From assembly GCA_021781855.1 (NCBI GenBank), contig JAJXWC010000001.1:1-46923 (forward strand): a stretch of DNA of 46,923 bases. The letters are read 5' to 3'. The position numbers were made by a program, and so were the translations under genes. Shown one piece after another: positions 19,705-29,505 of the stretch. Within the stretch, counting starts at the first letter, position 1. Each line of letters begins with the position of its first letter. The DNA is from Bacillota bacterium. Lineage in GTDB: Bacteria; Bacillota; Bacilli; Lactobacillales; Streptococcaceae. The notes beneath the pieces were generated by a model, which saw only the letters and a list, made by a program, of their open reading frames with translations, made no database searches and had not been told where the DNA came from.

Positions 19705-20223
19705 TTAGGCAGTTTTTTCGATTTCAATAAGATAATTTTGAAGAAGTTTGTGTTCGCAAGCATTAATTTGTAAGGCTTCTGTCTTGGTCAAGACGAAACT
19801 TGCGGGGCATTGTTTAAAATGATTTTCATAGAAGTCTTGAAGAACATTTTTGAGTTCGCTTTTACTGAATTCATGAAAGATTTTAAAGTCTGAAATGGAG
19901 AGACCAATTTTTTGGAGGATTTGCTGGCGAATGAGATTGTTGTAGGTGAGAAGCTGGTCAGCTGAAAGTGTGTCCTGTAAATTTAAGAGAAAACGGCGAC
20001 CGTATTTTCTGCCGTACAAATTAATTGTCAGATAATCTAAAGAGATTTTTTGCAATCGGTCAAAAACGGCATTCAGATGTTCAACGTTTCTCGGTAAGCC
20101 TGCAGCATCTCGGAAGCGCTTGGCTGTCGCCAAATTGACAATCGGGTATAAATGCCAGTCATTCTTGTCAAAGCTTTCCAGATGGTCTAAAATTGGGGTA
20201 AAATAGTAATGTATTTCAAGCAT
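19705..20223 (-). CDS. DsbA/YjbH-like thioredoxin-fold protein, with no CxxC
   Basis: Next to CYTH/relQ/ppnK as in the yjb cluster; GRKYGRRFLLNLQ segment. Confidence 0.55.
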   Translation of the reverse strand: MLEIHYYFTPILDHLESFDKNDWHLYPIVNLATAKRFRDAAGLPRNVEHLNAVFDRLQKISLDYLTINLYGRKYGRRFLLNLQDTLSADQLLTYNNLIRQQILQKIGLSISDFKIFHEFSKSELKNVLQDFYENHFKQCPASFVLTKTEALQINACEHKLLQNYLIEIEKTA

Positions 20224-20559
20224 AAAATCCTTTCGCTCGACTTTCTAAATACTGTTTGACTTCTAAAAGATATTTTTGAAAGTCATCTCCATTGCGCCAC
20301 ACTGCCTACTTTTGCTCCACACTCAAAGCACTGCTTTGAAATTGCGAATAAGGGAAACGAAGTTCGAATTGCAATCGACTAAAGTCACAAGGCGAAATAG
20401 CAAAAAAGTACAAGACAGTATAACAGCAGCTCGGCTACTAAATCTGTTTGTAGATTTGGAGCCGAACGAGTATAATAATTATCACAACAACAATCTTATC
20501 AGAAATGTGAAATGAAACAAAATAATATACAAACAGCTTTTGACCGTCTTGTCAAATCC

Positions 20560-21153
20560 TTAGCGCTTTAGGTGCCGTAAGCAATCCAAAAAACGGACAA
20601 CTTTGGATTTCGAAAAACGGTATTCAATGTTGTTCTTTTCTAAAAATTCAAAAAAATCTTTTTTACCTTGCAAATTGTCCTCAACTTCAAGTTCAAGCTC
20701 ATAATCGGTATGCCCAAGATAGTCATTTTTATCCAATGCGCAAAGACCAATCGCTAATTTTTGTTCATAACGAATGGTAGTGAGGCTTCCAATAAGTGTG
20801 ATTTCGTCAAGCTGAATATCACGAGCTTCAAGTAGTTCGCAGATTTCACTTAAATCAGTGTGTCCGCAAGTAATTGATTTTTCGCCGAGTAATTGTTGGG
20901 CTTCTTCCAAACTCAAATCAATGTTATATTCAATATTGCCGACTTCTTGCGGTACTTTTAGTGTCATTTCTGCATCATGGTCAAAAGTGCGAATACGTAA
21001 GGCCAATTTTTTCTTGCGCAATTTAAAATCAGGGGAATCCAGATAGTGGTTAGTTTGCCTGACGGGATTAACATGAGTGAATAAACGTTTGAGCTGGTCA
21101 TACTCTGCCATGCTGAGCAGTGATTTAAACTCAATCTCCAAATTTGTAGTCAT
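20560..21153 (-). CDS. CYTH domain protein (YjbK-like)
   Basis: EIEFK motif, QTNHYLD, ALRIR, DYELELEV. Confidence 0.88.
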   Translation of the reverse strand: MTTNLEIEFKSLLSMAEYDQLKRLFTHVNPVRQTNHYLDSPDFKLRKKKLALRIRTFDHDAEMTLKVPQEVGNIEYNIDLSLEEAQQLLGEKSITCGHTDLSEICELLEARDIQLDEITLIGSLTTIRYEQKLAIGLCALDKNDYLGHTDYELELEVEDNLQGKKDFFEFLEKNNIEYRFSKSKVVRFLDCLRHLKR

Positions 21154-21279
21154 TTTGTGTGTATAGAAGGTGATTTCCAAAATAAAGTGGATAAAAGCTC
21201 ACCTTTCCTTTCAGATATGGTAAAATTATATATATTGTAACAAAAAACAGGAAGAATTGGCAAGCCTCTTGCGCTTGTC

Positions 21280-21954
21280 ATGGACAAAAAAATGAGTTTT
21301 GACTGGGAAGAATTCCTTGATTCCTATATTCAAACGGTCGGTGAGCTGAAAATTAAATTGCGCGGTGTGCGTAAGCAATATTTGAAAAAAGGTGTTTATT
21401 CGCCGATTGAATTCGTCACAGGACGCGTTAAACGCCGAGAATCAATTTTGAAAAAGGCACGCATGCGAGGTTATACTCGGGATAATTTGACTGAAATGGA
21501 AGATATTGCGGGCGTTCGTATTATGGTTCAGTTTGTTGAAGATATTTGGGACGTTTTGGAACTGTTGCGCAAGCGAAATGACTTTAAAATTATTGAGGAA
21601 CGTGATTATATTAATAATCAAAAAGCTTCAGGTTATCGCAGCTATCATGTGATTATTCAATACCCGATTGATACGATTGACGGTTTTAAAGTGATTAATG
21701 CTGAAATTCAGATTCGGACGCTGGCAATGAACTTTTGGGCAACGATTGAACATTCGCTGAATTACAAATACGGCGGTTTAATCCCTGAAGATGTCAAACT
21801 TCGACTGAGTAATGCAGCACGAGAAGCTGCTTCATTGGATGTGGAAATGTCGTCCATTCGCGAGGAAATTCAAGAAGCGCAGTTGCTTTTTGATAGTCCG
21901 CAAGCACGAGCAGATTTTAAAAAAGAGCACGGAGAAGAAGATGAACTTTGGTAA
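21280..21954 (+). CDS. relQ: Small alarmone synthetase (GTP pyrophosphokinase, RelQ/YjbM type)
   Basis: GRVK, DIAGVR, SGYRSYH, EIQIRT, WATIEH. Confidence 0.9.
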   Translation: MDKKMSFDWEEFLDSYIQTVGELKIKLRGVRKQYLKKGVYSPIEFVTGRVKRRESILKKARMRGYTRDNLTEMEDIAGVRIMVQFVEDIWDVLELLRKRNDFKIIEERDYINNQKASGYRSYHVIIQYPIDTIDGFKVINAEIQIRTLAMNFWATIEHSLNYKYGGLIPEDVKLRLSNAAREAASLDVEMSSIREEIQEAQLLFDSPQARADFKKEHGEEDELW

Positions 21955-22753
21955 AAAAATCTGGCTGATTGGCAATTCGAGCGAAAAGTCGCAGAAAACG
22001 ACAAATGCTTTGCGAAAATTGTTGGCGGCAGAGCATTTTATTTTTGATGATATCAATCCTGAGTTGGTCATTTCAGTTGGCGGCGACGGAACGCTGCTGC
22101 GTGCGATGCATATGTATGAATATCAGCTAGACAAAGTACGTTTTGTTGGTGTCCATACAGGACATTTGGGCTTTTACACCGACTTTACGGACGGCGACCT
22201 TTTTGAAGTTGTTGAAGCTTTGCAAAATGAAAATTCACGTGCGGCAGTACATTATCCACTGGTTAAAGTTCAGGTGAATTTTGACGATGGCTATCAGATT
22301 GTGCGTCATGTGCTGAACGAATCCACTATTCGTAGAACTTCTAAAACGATGCTTGCTGATGTTCAGATTTCGGGTGATTTGTTTGAACGTTTTCGTGGCG
22401 ATGGGCTGTCTATTTCGACGCCAACAGGTTCAACTGCCTACAATAAGTCGATTGGCGGAGCGGTTATGCATCCGCGTGTTGAGGCTTTTCAGATTGCTGA
22501 AATTGCCAGTCTGAATAATATTGTTTATCGTACATTAGGTGCGCCGATGATTGTGGCGAAAAAAGATACGATTACAATCATTCCTGAACGTGAGGACGAC
22601 TATAGTTTGACTTTTGACCAGCTTACTTTTGAGTATAAAAATATCAAGTCGATTGAATATAGTCTTGATGGTGCAACGATTGCCTTTGCTAATTGTGCAC
22701 ATACTCCATTCTGGGAGCGCGTGCGGACATCATTTATTGGGGAGATTGAGTGA
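21941..22753 (+). CDS. ppnK: NAD kinase
   Basis: GGDGT, GHLGF, NE, TPTGSTAY; start ATG 21941 with RBS ggag. Confidence 0.95.
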   Translation: MNFGKKIWLIGNSSEKSQKTTNALRKLLAAEHFIFDDINPELVISVGGDGTLLRAMHMYEYQLDKVRFVGVHTGHLGFYTDFTDGDLFEVVEALQNENSRAAVHYPLVKVQVNFDDGYQIVRHVLNESTIRRTSKTMLADVQISGDLFERFRGDGLSISTPTGSTAYNKSIGGAVMHPRVEAFQIAEIASLNNIVYRTLGAPMIVAKKDTITIIPEREDDYSLTFDQLTFEYKNIKSIEYSLDGATIAFANCAHTPFWERVRTSFIGEIE

Positions 22754-23676
22754 TGCAGTTTTCTTTTACCAATGAGATTGATGACAGTCTTGTCCGTTCG
22801 CTTTTGGCACGTCACGGCGTATCAAAACGTTTGCTTTCTAAGGTCAAATTTGAGGATGAAGGGCATATTTTGGTCAACGGTACAGAGCAGAATGCGATTT
22901 ATCGGTTGAAAATCGGTGATATTGTGAGCATCATTGTCCCCGACGAGCCTGACAACGAATTTTTAATTCCAGAGGAACTTCCGCTGGAAATTTTGTTTGA
23001 AGACGAGCACTATCTGGTCGTCAATAAACCAGCAGGAGTACCATCAATTACAGGCCTGGTAAATCCTACAGGTGCAATGTCAAATGCTGTCAAAGGCTAC
23101 ATTTTGCGTCAAAACTATGAAAATCAGGCAGTTCACATTATCACGCGGCTTGATAAAAACACGAGTGGCATCATGTTTTTCGCTAAGCACCGTTATGCTC
23201 ATGCGCTAATGTCGCCAGGCTCTAAATATCGTGATAGCCTCGAAAAACGCTACTTCGCTCTCGTCAGTGTTGAAAAACAGTCCAATGAAATCATAAAAAA
23301 TGAACCATCAAAACTTTCAGAAATGGGCGAGATTAATTTACCAATTGGACGTTGTGATGATTCGATTATCAAGCGCGAAGTGCGTTATGACGAAAAAAGT
23401 AAAACAGCGCGTACCAGTTATAAAATTGTCAAAGAGAAAAATGACTTAAATTTATTAGACATTACGCTTCACACAGGCCGCACGCATCAAATTCGCGTAC
23501 ATTTTGCACACATTGGTTTTTCGCTCATCGGTGATGACTTATATGGCGGAAACCATGATTTAATAGACCGTCAGGCGCTCCATTGTCACCATCTGCAGTT
23601 TTTACATCCTTTTACGAATGAAATGGTAGAAATTGAGCTTGATTTACCTGAAGATATGAAAAATTTACTGAAATAA
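22753..23676 (+). CDS. RluA-family pseudouridine synthase
   Basis: NKPAG, RLDKNTSG, GRTHQIRVH, GDDLYG. Confidence 0.93.
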   Translation: MQFSFTNEIDDSLVRSLLARHGVSKRLLSKVKFEDEGHILVNGTEQNAIYRLKIGDIVSIIVPDEPDNEFLIPEELPLEILFEDEHYLVVNKPAGVPSITGLVNPTGAMSNAVKGYILRQNYENQAVHIITRLDKNTSGIMFFAKHRYAHALMSPGSKYRDSLEKRYFALVSVEKQSNEIIKNEPSKLSEMGEINLPIGRCDDSIIKREVRYDEKSKTARTSYKIVKEKNDLNLLDITLHTGRTHQIRVHFAHIGFSLIGDDLYGGNHDLIDRQALHCHHLQFLHPFTNEMVEIELDLPEDMKNLLK

Positions 23677-23773
23677 AAAATTGCCAGTTTACCTGACAAT
23701 TTTTTATTTTAATGCACGCTATTTTCGAAGTTTGGCTGCTACGCTACTAAAGCAACCAATTGGAATGGCAAGC

Positions 23774-24616
23774 TTAGAATTTCCAATCTTTTAAAATTTT
23801 GATAGCAGTGATTTTTTCAGGTGTTTTTGGTAAAGATTGCTCACTTGGATTATTTGGATTTGCTGTGACAGGTGCCGATGCAATTTTGTCGACAACATCC
23901 ATACCAGAGATGACTTGTCCAAAGACCGTATAACTACCATCAAGACTAGGTGCTCCTCCTTTTTTGTAAGCATCGGCAATTTTCGCTGGGCGGAGATAAT
24001 TAGTCAGTTGGCTGCTTACATCTTGCGTGTTTTGCACAATAAAGAATTGTGAACTACTTGAGCTAGGTTGACCAGTATTTGCCAACGCAAGTGCGCCACG
24101 AATATTATAAAGCTGATTTGAAATTTCGGTATCAAATGGCTTATTACCATTGACTACAGACTTGCTGCCAGTACCCGTATTTCCAGGGTCACCTGTTTGA
24201 ATCATGAAATCTTTGATGACGCGGAAAAATTCATTATTATTATAATAATTTTGCTTCGCAAGGGTCATAAAATTCTGTACAGCCATCGGAGCCAGTTTTG
24301 GAAAAAGCTTGATGTCAATGTTCCCGACAGTTGTTTGGATTTCAACTTCGGCTTCATCGGCACTAACTGTGTTTGTGAGCTGTGGCAAAGCGAGCGCATC
24401 CAGTTTTGCCTGTGTTGTTTCGCTGCCGTCAATGCCTGTACCTTGACCAGCTTCAGAGGAGGAGTCTGATGTTGTTGACTGTGAAGTCGTTTGACTTGTC
24501 TTATCTGTCGTGTTTTGCGCCGAATCAGAGGGACGATTGACGAAATAAACGAGAACCGCCACAAGAACGACCAAAATTACGCCAGAAACTGCAATTAAAA
24601 TATTTTTCATCTTCAT
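23774..24616 (-). CDS. ppiA: Membrane-anchored cyclophilin-type peptidyl-prolyl isomerase
   Basis: N-terminal TM segment; FFRVIKDFMIQTGDP, SQFFI, YTVFGQV. Confidence 0.9.
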   Translation of the reverse strand: MKMKNILIAVSGVILVVLVAVLVYFVNRPSDSAQNTTDKTSQTTSQSTTSDSSSEAGQGTGIDGSETTQAKLDALALPQLTNTVSADEAEVEIQTTVGNIDIKLFPKLAPMAVQNFMTLAKQNYYNNNEFFRVIKDFMIQTGDPGNTGTGSKSVVNGNKPFDTEISNQLYNIRGALALANTGQPSSSSSQFFIVQNTQDVSSQLTNYLRPAKIADAYKKGGAPSLDGSYTVFGQVISGMDVVDKIASAPVTANPNNPSEQSLPKTPEKITAIKILKDWKF

Positions 24617-24669
24617 ATTGATATTTTATCACAAAAACCATAAATTACGAATTTTTTCTCAGTTTACTC

Positions 24670-24698
24670 TTGCAAAAAAAAGAATAAAAGATTATAAT
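24670..24698 (+). promoter_or_regulatory. Sigma-A promoter of the leader peptide/permease
   Basis: TTGCAA-17-TATAAT. Confidence 0.7.
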
Positions 24699-24725
24699 TA
24701 TAAAAAATCACAAAAGGAGAATCAC

Positions 24726-24773
24726 ATGAGATTACAAAATTTTACTAATCGCCATCACCATCTGCATAGGTAA
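24726..24773 (+). CDS. Histidine leader peptide MRLQNFTNRHHHLHR
   Basis: Strong RBS aaggaga; 4 His codons among the last 6; followed by alternative hairpins and a terminator. Confidence 0.85.
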   Translation: MRLQNFTNRHHHLHR

Positions 24774-24843
24774 AAGTTGTATCATACAAAGGTATAGATA
24801 CAACTTTAGAGTACGCTCAAGTATCTATGCCGGTGATTCCACA

Positions 24844-24879
24844 AGAGACCGGTTAGTTGGACTAATCGGTCTTTTATTT
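24844..24879 (+). terminator. Attenuator terminator
   Basis: agaccggttagt-tgg-actaatcggtct followed by tttattt; upstream ccggt (24830) can sequester its 5' arm. Confidence 0.8.
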
Positions 24880-24931
24880 GTTCGTGCTCTTATCGCATAA
24901 ACCGTATAAATATAAAAAATAACTCTAAAAA

Positions 24932-25253
24932 TTTGTCTCAGCAGTACATGCTATCTACGCACTTCGTGCTACGAAAAATGGGAGTTTCGCGCGCTCTATC
25001 TGCAACCTCAACAGTACACTGTACTGTTGAACTGTTGAGGTTGTAGATGGAGTAAACGAAGTTTACGTCTTTCGTAACGAAGTGGAGATAGAGCGAATGA
25101 ATAGCGTAGACGGACAAGGGGACCTCATATCAAGGATGTTAAGCAGACTGTTGCGGCTTCAGCCGCTTACAGGTCACTTAGTTTGTTCACCTAGAGGTTG
25201 TACCCTAAATTTAGAGGGCGTTGAAACTCCTGCTAAATAAATCTCTGCTTCAT
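24932..25253 (-). repeat. Complete modular repeat element in reverse orientation, inside the permease 5' leader
   Basis: Reverse-complement right end tctcagcagtacatgctatc and left end atctctgcttcat; modules shared with 8722-8937 and 30420-30880. Confidence 0.8.
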
Positions 25254-25294
25254 AATTAAGCGATTTTTAGAGCTGACAAGAGAAAGTACACAAA

Positions 25295-26734
25295 ATGGAA
25301 AATCAAAAAGAAAATCAGGTCAAGCGCAACCTTAAACAGCGCCACATTACAATGATTGCACTCGGTGGGACGATTGGAACAGGACTGTTTCTGACTTCTG
25401 GCGCAACGATTAGTCAAGCGGGACCGCTTGGTGCGATTGTGGCTTATTTGTTCATTGGTATCATGGTTTATTTTGTCATGACTTCCCTCGGAGAAATGGC
25501 AACTTATCTGCCGACTTCAGGCTCTTTTGGGGATTACGGTGGGCGTTATGTTGACCCGGCGTTTGGCTTTGCATTGACATGGAACTACTGGCTTAATGGT
25601 GCAATTACGATTGCTGTTGACCTCACAACTGCAGGCTTAATCACACAGTTCTGGTTTCCGCATATTCCTGCTTGGATTTTTTCGGGAATTGCAACAATTT
25701 TTATTTTTGTGATTAACATTCTTGCAGTAGGGGCTTTTGGCGAGACAGAATATTGGCTTTCAATGATTAAGGTCGTGACGATTGGCTTGTTTGTGCTCAC
25801 AGGTATTTTGACAATTATTGGCATTTTAGGACAGGGAAATGTTGATGTGGTAGGAAATCTGACAGCAGGAAATCACGGCTTTGTTGGGGGCATCACAGGA
25901 TTTGTCGGAGTATTGCTTATTGCTGGATTTAGTTTCCAAGGGACGGAGTTACTGGGCGTAACGGCTGGTGAGTCGGAAAATCCTGAAAAATCAATTCCCA
26001 AAGCTATGAATTCAATTTTTTGGCGTATCTTGCTCTTTTATATCTGTACGATTATTGTTATCGCAGCGATTATCAACTTTAAAGACCCACGCCTGCTCAA
26101 TCCAAATTCGACAGCGGTCATGAGTCCTTTCACGATTGTGTTCAAAAATATCGGTTTCGCTCTGGCGGCAAGTGTGATGAATGCAGTTATTTTGACTTCA
26201 GTTGTATCATCAGCAAATTCTGTCATGTATGCTTCAACAAGAATGCTTTATACATTAGGACGTGAAAATGGCGCACCAAAATTCTTTGGGCAAACGGCGA
26301 AAAATGGAATTCCACGTTATGCCTTACTTGCTACGACAATTATTTGTTTTATCACTTTTTTGACAGGAATTTTCGGCAATCAGATTTATATGTTCTTAGT
26401 TGATTTGAGCTCGTTGACAGGATTTTTAGCTTGGGTCGGAATTTCAGTCAGCCACATTCGTTTCCGTCGGGCTTACGTGGCACAGGGAAAGGATTTGAAA
26501 GCCCTGCCTTATCAAGCAAAACTTTTCCCCTTTGGTCCGATTTTGGCGCTGTTGATGATGGTGGCAATCGTTACACAGCTTGACCCACAGCAGCTTTTCA
26601 CGAAAAACTGGGGACAAGCACTTGCCACATATTCTGCCTTTCCAATTTTCATCTTGCTTTATTTTGGCTATAAATGGAAATACAATACGAAAATTGTTCC
26701 CCTTGAAGAAGTTGATTTGAGCCGTGATAAATGA
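25295..26734 (+). CDS. hisP: LysP-like APC permease, likely histidine transporter HisP (LysQ)
   Basis: RHITMIALGGTIGTGLF, FGETEYW, FSFQGTEL; His attenuator upstream. Confidence 0.72.
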   Translation: MENQKENQVKRNLKQRHITMIALGGTIGTGLFLTSGATISQAGPLGAIVAYLFIGIMVYFVMTSLGEMATYLPTSGSFGDYGGRYVDPAFGFALTWNYWLNGAITIAVDLTTAGLITQFWFPHIPAWIFSGIATIFIFVINILAVGAFGETEYWLSMIKVVTIGLFVLTGILTIIGILGQGNVDVVGNLTAGNHGFVGGITGFVGVLLIAGFSFQGTELLGVTAGESENPEKSIPKAMNSIFWRILLFYICTIIVIAAIINFKDPRLLNPNSTAVMSPFTIVFKNIGFALAASVMNAVILTSVVSSANSVMYASTRMLYTLGRENGAPKFFGQTAKNGIPRYALLATTIICFITFLTGIFGNQIYMFLVDLSSLTGFLAWVGISVSHIRFRRAYVAQGKDLKALPYQAKLFPFGPILALLMMVAIVTQLDPQQLFTKNWGQALATYSAFPIFILLYFGYKWKYNTKIVPLEEVDLSRDK

Positions 26735-26932
26735 CAAAATGAATTAAAGAAGTTGAGGAGAACGCTTCACAGGTCGCCTAGTTTCTTTACCAAGAGCTTG
26801 TATCTTAAATTTAGTGAGAATTTCGATTTCCACTGAATTTTCCTTATGATACAAACCTACATCTAAGCCGGAATGTGATAAAATGAAAGAGCGAAAGCTC
26901 TTTTAATTTTACAGAAAAATAAGGAAAATAAA

Positions 26933-27415
26933 ATGATAGATATCACTACACGCATGGAAATTGCAGCAAGCGCTGAAGACATTTTTGACAGCTTTGTCAA
27001 CCCCGAAAAAATAGGAAATTTTTGGTTTTCTCGCGCATCAGAAATTTGGGGAAAAGGGAAGAAAATTACGCTCAGCTACGATGAATTTGATGCGAAAGTG
27101 CCTATTCAAGTGCTTGAACTTCGTCAAAATCGGCAAATTCGTTTTGTCTGGGGAACAAGTGATGACGAGCGAGTGGTTACGATTACCATTGCACCGAGTA
27201 GTGACAAATCGGCTGTTGAAGTCAAGGAAGCAGGATTTCAAGAGGCTGAAGCCATGCTTAGTAATCCGGCACTTGCTGAAATTCGGACCTATGAATACGA
27301 AGAAATCATCGAGCATCTTTTGGGACAGAAAGAGGGGGGGACATTTGTTTTGACTTGTTTAAAAGCCTATTTGGAGAATGGAGTAAACACATTACGAATG
27401 GGACTTTTACGTTAG
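26933..27415 (+). CDS. SRPBCC/AHSA1-like domain protein
   Basis: IFDSFVNPEKIGNFWFS and LTCLKAYLENG. Confidence 0.8.
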   Translation: MIDITTRMEIAASAEDIFDSFVNPEKIGNFWFSRASEIWGKGKKITLSYDEFDAKVPIQVLELRQNRQIRFVWGTSDDERVVTITIAPSSDKSAVEVKEAGFQEAEAMLSNPALAEIRTYEYEEIIEHLLGQKEGGTFVLTCLKAYLENGVNTLRMGLLR

Positions 27416-27434
27416 AATTCTTGATGAAGTATTC

Positions 27435-27522
27435 GAGTGAAAAAAATCACAAATCAATTATTTGACAAAACGAAACAAATATGTAAAAAGTTCTTGACAT
27501 TAATCGTGAAAAGTTTTACAAT
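27435..27522 (+). promoter_or_regulatory. Promoter TTGACA-17-TACAAT with two Rex-box-like operators
   Basis: GAGTGAAAAAAATCACAA (27435-27452) and TCGTGAAAAGTTTTACAA (27504-27521) versus consensus TTGTGAA-N4-TTCACAA; -35 at 27494, -10 at 27517. Confidence 0.65.
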
Positions 27523-27623
27523 ATATTTGCTTAACAAGTGTTAAAAGAAAGGACGACCGTTGCTCATGTAACGGCGGATAAAGGTTTGACCAACCTGTCA
27601 AACCATTGTCAAAAGGACAGAAT

Positions 27624-28532
27624 ATGAAATTTGTCGCCATCGTTGGCACCAATGCCAGTTTTTCTTACAACCGAAAACTGCTTTGGTACATGAAAAAGCA
27701 CTTCAATGACAAAGCACAAATTGAAGTTTTAGAAATTACGGATGTACCGCTTTTTAGTGAAGATATTAAAGGAATTCCAACACGTGTGGCCGAAATTGCA
27801 AGTAGTATTGAAGGCGCTGATGGTGTCATTTTTTCAACACCAGAATACGACCATTCGATAACTGCTGGCTTGAAATCTCTGATTGAGTGGCTTTCGTGGG
27901 GAAGCTTGCATCCACTTACAAACACACCCGTCATGATTGTCGGCGTTTCACTAGGAAATATGGGAACCGTCTTTGCTCAGGAAAATCTGCGACAGATTTT
28001 AAGTTCTCCAGGTATTGATGCTTTTGTTTTACCAAGTAATCAATTTTTGCTTGGTCGTGCGGCACAGTCGTTCAATGAGCGTGATGAGCTGGTTGAAGAA
28101 AGAACGATTGGTTGGTTAGAACATTGTTTTGACAATTTCATGATTTATACCAAAACACTGAAACCAATGCGGGCTTTGGCTGAAGACCGAACAGGAAATG
28201 CTGAGAAAAAAGTTCATGCGGTTAAAATTCTTGAAGAAGGCGATGGCTGGTGGATAGAAGACACAGCGCTTGGCTTTTTGCCAAAAGATGATGCAGATAC
28301 CGGTTCATCTAAAAAAGAAGCTGAGGAGCCATCTGTTTTACAACCTGCACCTGATGCAAAAATTCTTGACGGTGGCGATGGCTGGTGGATAGAAGAAATC
28401 AGCTTGAGTACAGGAGCATCTGAAAGCGAAAGTGATAGCGACACAGGCGCATCAAAATCGGCTCACGGAAAAGTTGCAGTAGTTGTGGAAAAAACGCAGC
28501 CAGACAGTTCAACAGGTGCGTCAGAGCATTAA
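27624..28532 (+). CDS. NAD(P)H-dependent FMN reductase with an acidic repeated C-terminal tail bearing putative flavinylation motifs
   Basis: KFVAIVGTN, YNRKLL, ADGVIFSTPEYDHS; tail motifs DADTGSS, STGAS, DSDTGAS, DSSTGAS. Confidence 0.85.
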   Translation: MKFVAIVGTNASFSYNRKLLWYMKKHFNDKAQIEVLEITDVPLFSEDIKGIPTRVAEIASSIEGADGVIFSTPEYDHSITAGLKSLIEWLSWGSLHPLTNTPVMIVGVSLGNMGTVFAQENLRQILSSPGIDAFVLPSNQFLLGRAAQSFNERDELVEERTIGWLEHCFDNFMIYTKTLKPMRALAEDRTGNAEKKVHAVKILEEGDGWWIEDTALGFLPKDDADTGSSKKEAEEPSVLQPAPDAKILDGGDGWWIEEISLSTGASESESDSDTGASKSAHGKVAVVVEKTQPDSSTGASEH

Positions 28533-28533
28533 A

Positions 28534-29499
28534 ATGAAAATTATTAAAAACCTTGCAAGTGAAAAAGTTGCGAAACGTTACCGTGCACTTGGTACAGTGA
28601 TTGATTTAGCAGTTTATGGCACGACTGACGAGCGTTTATTGGATGAAGCTTTTGGACTTATCAAACATTATGAGGATATGTTCACAGTCAATCGCGAGAA
28701 TTCGGAATTGATGGATGTCAATCATGCCGCTGGTTTAGTTCCTGTTCAAGTTTCTGATTCGGTTTATCAGCTCACCAAAATTGCGATTGAGAAAAGTAGG
28801 GAACATTTCGGCTTTAACGCTGCAATTGGACCTTTGGTTAAACTCTGGCATATTGGTTTTGCGGATGCTAAACTACCTATGAATTCCGAAATTATTGAAC
28901 GTCTGGCATTGATAAATCCCGACGAAGTTCAGCTTGATGACCAAAATTTTACCATTTTCCTTTCGAAAAAAGGTATGGAAATTGACCTCGGAGGAATTGC
29001 AAAAGGATATATTGCAGACCGCGTACAAGATTTGTGGCGAGCAAGGGGCATCAGCTCAGGTATTATCAATCTTGGCGGAAATCTAGTCCTTATGGGAAAA
29101 GCACCACACCAATCTAATAAAAAATGGCGTGTAGGTGTTCGAAACCCGCTCAATCAAACAGGAGAAACGATTGCCCAAATCATGACAGATGCTTCATCCG
29201 TCGTTACAAGCGGCATCGCTGAGCGACATTTTGAGTTGGAGGGAAAATCTTATCATCACATTATTGATGCAGAAACGGGATATCCGCATGAGACGAATAT
29301 AGCAAGCGTTACGGTGCTTACTCCGCTTTCGATTGATGGCGAAATCGAGACCACGCGCCTGTTCTTTGCCAGTCAGGTTCCTGAAAATTATGCCTACGGA
29401 GTAATTTTCGTTTATCGAGACAAGTCGATTGAGCTTGTCAACATTGACCCTAAAAATATTCATATTACAAATACAGAATTTTATCTCAAAGGAGAATAA
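28534..29499 (+). CDS. apbE: FAD:protein FMN transferase (ApbE family), cytoplasmic type
   Basis: DLGGIAKGY, INLGGN, VVTSG, YHHIID..TGYP; no lipoprotein signal peptide. Confidence 0.9.
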   Translation: MKIIKNLASEKVAKRYRALGTVIDLAVYGTTDERLLDEAFGLIKHYEDMFTVNRENSELMDVNHAAGLVPVQVSDSVYQLTKIAIEKSREHFGFNAAIGPLVKLWHIGFADAKLPMNSEIIERLALINPDEVQLDDQNFTIFLSKKGMEIDLGGIAKGYIADRVQDLWRARGISSGIINLGGNLVLMGKAPHQSNKKWRVGVRNPLNQTGETIAQIMTDASSVVTSGIAERHFELEGKSYHHIIDAETGYPHETNIASVTVLTPLSIDGEIETTRLFFASQVPENYAYGVIFVYRDKSIELVNIDPKNIHITNTEFYLKGE

Positions 29500-29505
29500 C
29501 GCATT

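Noticed and set aside
20276-20515. 79-aa ORF between the YjbH-like and CYTH genes
   Set aside because: Opposite strand to its neighbours, TTG start without RBS, and overlaps a repeat module (reverse complement of 30608-30652)
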